64,000 nucleotides of DNA from contig JAYWIR010000021.1 of NCBI GenBank assembly GCA_036172245.1, forward strand, positions 2,418,001 to 2,482,000, written 5' to 3'. Below, one piece after another: positions 63,362-64,000 of the stretch. This DNA is from Raillietiella orientalis (taxonomy: Eukaryota). Below the pieces are notes generated by a model. The model was not told the origin of the DNA and did no database searches. It was given only the letters and a program-made list of their open reading frames with translations. Position numbers and translations under genes: made by a program. Within the stretch, counting starts at the first letter, position 1. Each line of letters begins with the position of its first letter.

Positions 63362-64000
63362 TTATTTATAAATGAATAAACATTTACAGTCTCTGTGGTT
63401 GGGACGGTGGTCCAACCACGTGCTTTTCATATCTAACGTGCAGCGTCACCGGTTCGCAGAACAATGAGGTCCACAACGGTAGCAGAGGAGAGAGCACAGA
63501 CAAAAAGAAGCAAGAAAGAAAAATAAATAAACTTCGTGGTGGATGGGTGCGGGAAGGGGTCACGTTTCTGAATGCTGCTTTCCAGGTGGGGCCATCTTGT
63601 TACCGTCCGCTTCATGAGGACGGTAACAAGATGGAAGTGGATGGCTCTCTATGACTCTGTGCTCCTCTTGCGTCTCTCCAGGCAGCTACAATCCCGCGTA
63701 GGCAGCACAGGGCTGCTCCTAGCGAGGCTGCCAGGCGAAGGGCATCACGTAGGAGAAGGAAGGATCTTAAAGCCTAGAGTTGCCGAAGGGGGTTCTTAGG
63801 ATCACGCTAAAGCATTCGCAGAGGGGCCAGAGGGCAGCACAATTCACAAGCAGGCTGCGGGAGGGATTCACGCTCCTCGCACCCGCCGCCTCCACACACC
63901 CTCAGGTCCAGTGATGTCGGCAGGCGTTGCACGGGAGGACCCAGTGTTGCAGCATCAGCGCCAACTCCTGCCACTTTAAGGAAAGGGTGCAAGTGCTTAT
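63362..64000 (-). mobile_element. L1/Tx1-like 3' fragment (zf-RVT-like), runs off the window
   Basis: QRLPTSLDL.VC..GCEERESL....CCPLA resembles LPT...L...CP.GC...E+..H.F..CP.A. A minus-strand AATAAA lies at about 63361-63366. Confidence 0.4.

Noticed and set aside
1..64000. CRISPR array, operons, rRNA or other prokaryotic/phage systems
   Set aside because: No regularly spaced repeats, no dense ORF packing and no rRNA signatures; the sequence is intron-containing eukaryotic DNA.

Overview
Eukaryotic (arthropod-like) genomic DNA, not prokaryotic: spliced exons, (CA)n microsatellites, purine tracts and many transposon relics. The one gene I can assemble with confidence is a minus-strand Dpr-family two-Ig-domain neuronal cell-surface protein, closest to the dpr14 subfamily by recalled sequence. 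Four in-phase coding exons are at 16165-16370, 10911-11124, 7739-7916 and 5749-5885. One intron is a GC-AG intron, a signal-peptide exon is tentative at 18072-18186, and the terminal GPI-signal exon is unresolved. From about 19 kb to 64 kb I see no intact gene. That stretch holds old, deletion-riddled transposon relics, recognised by eye from degenerate motifs in the right order: RTE/CR1/I-Jockey/L1-Tx1 LINEs, a NeSL/Utopia-like RLE retrotransposon, a tyrosine-recombinase element in two copies with swapped halves, EnSpm-like and maT-like transposases, a 366-bp TIR element, a tRNA-like Pol III head, and possible Polinton-like pieces. Several sequence-unrelated near-perfect hairpins occur, some inside decayed coding relics. 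I found no convincing new biological system. All family calls are from motif memory and need profile searches; most listed six-frame ORFs are spurious.
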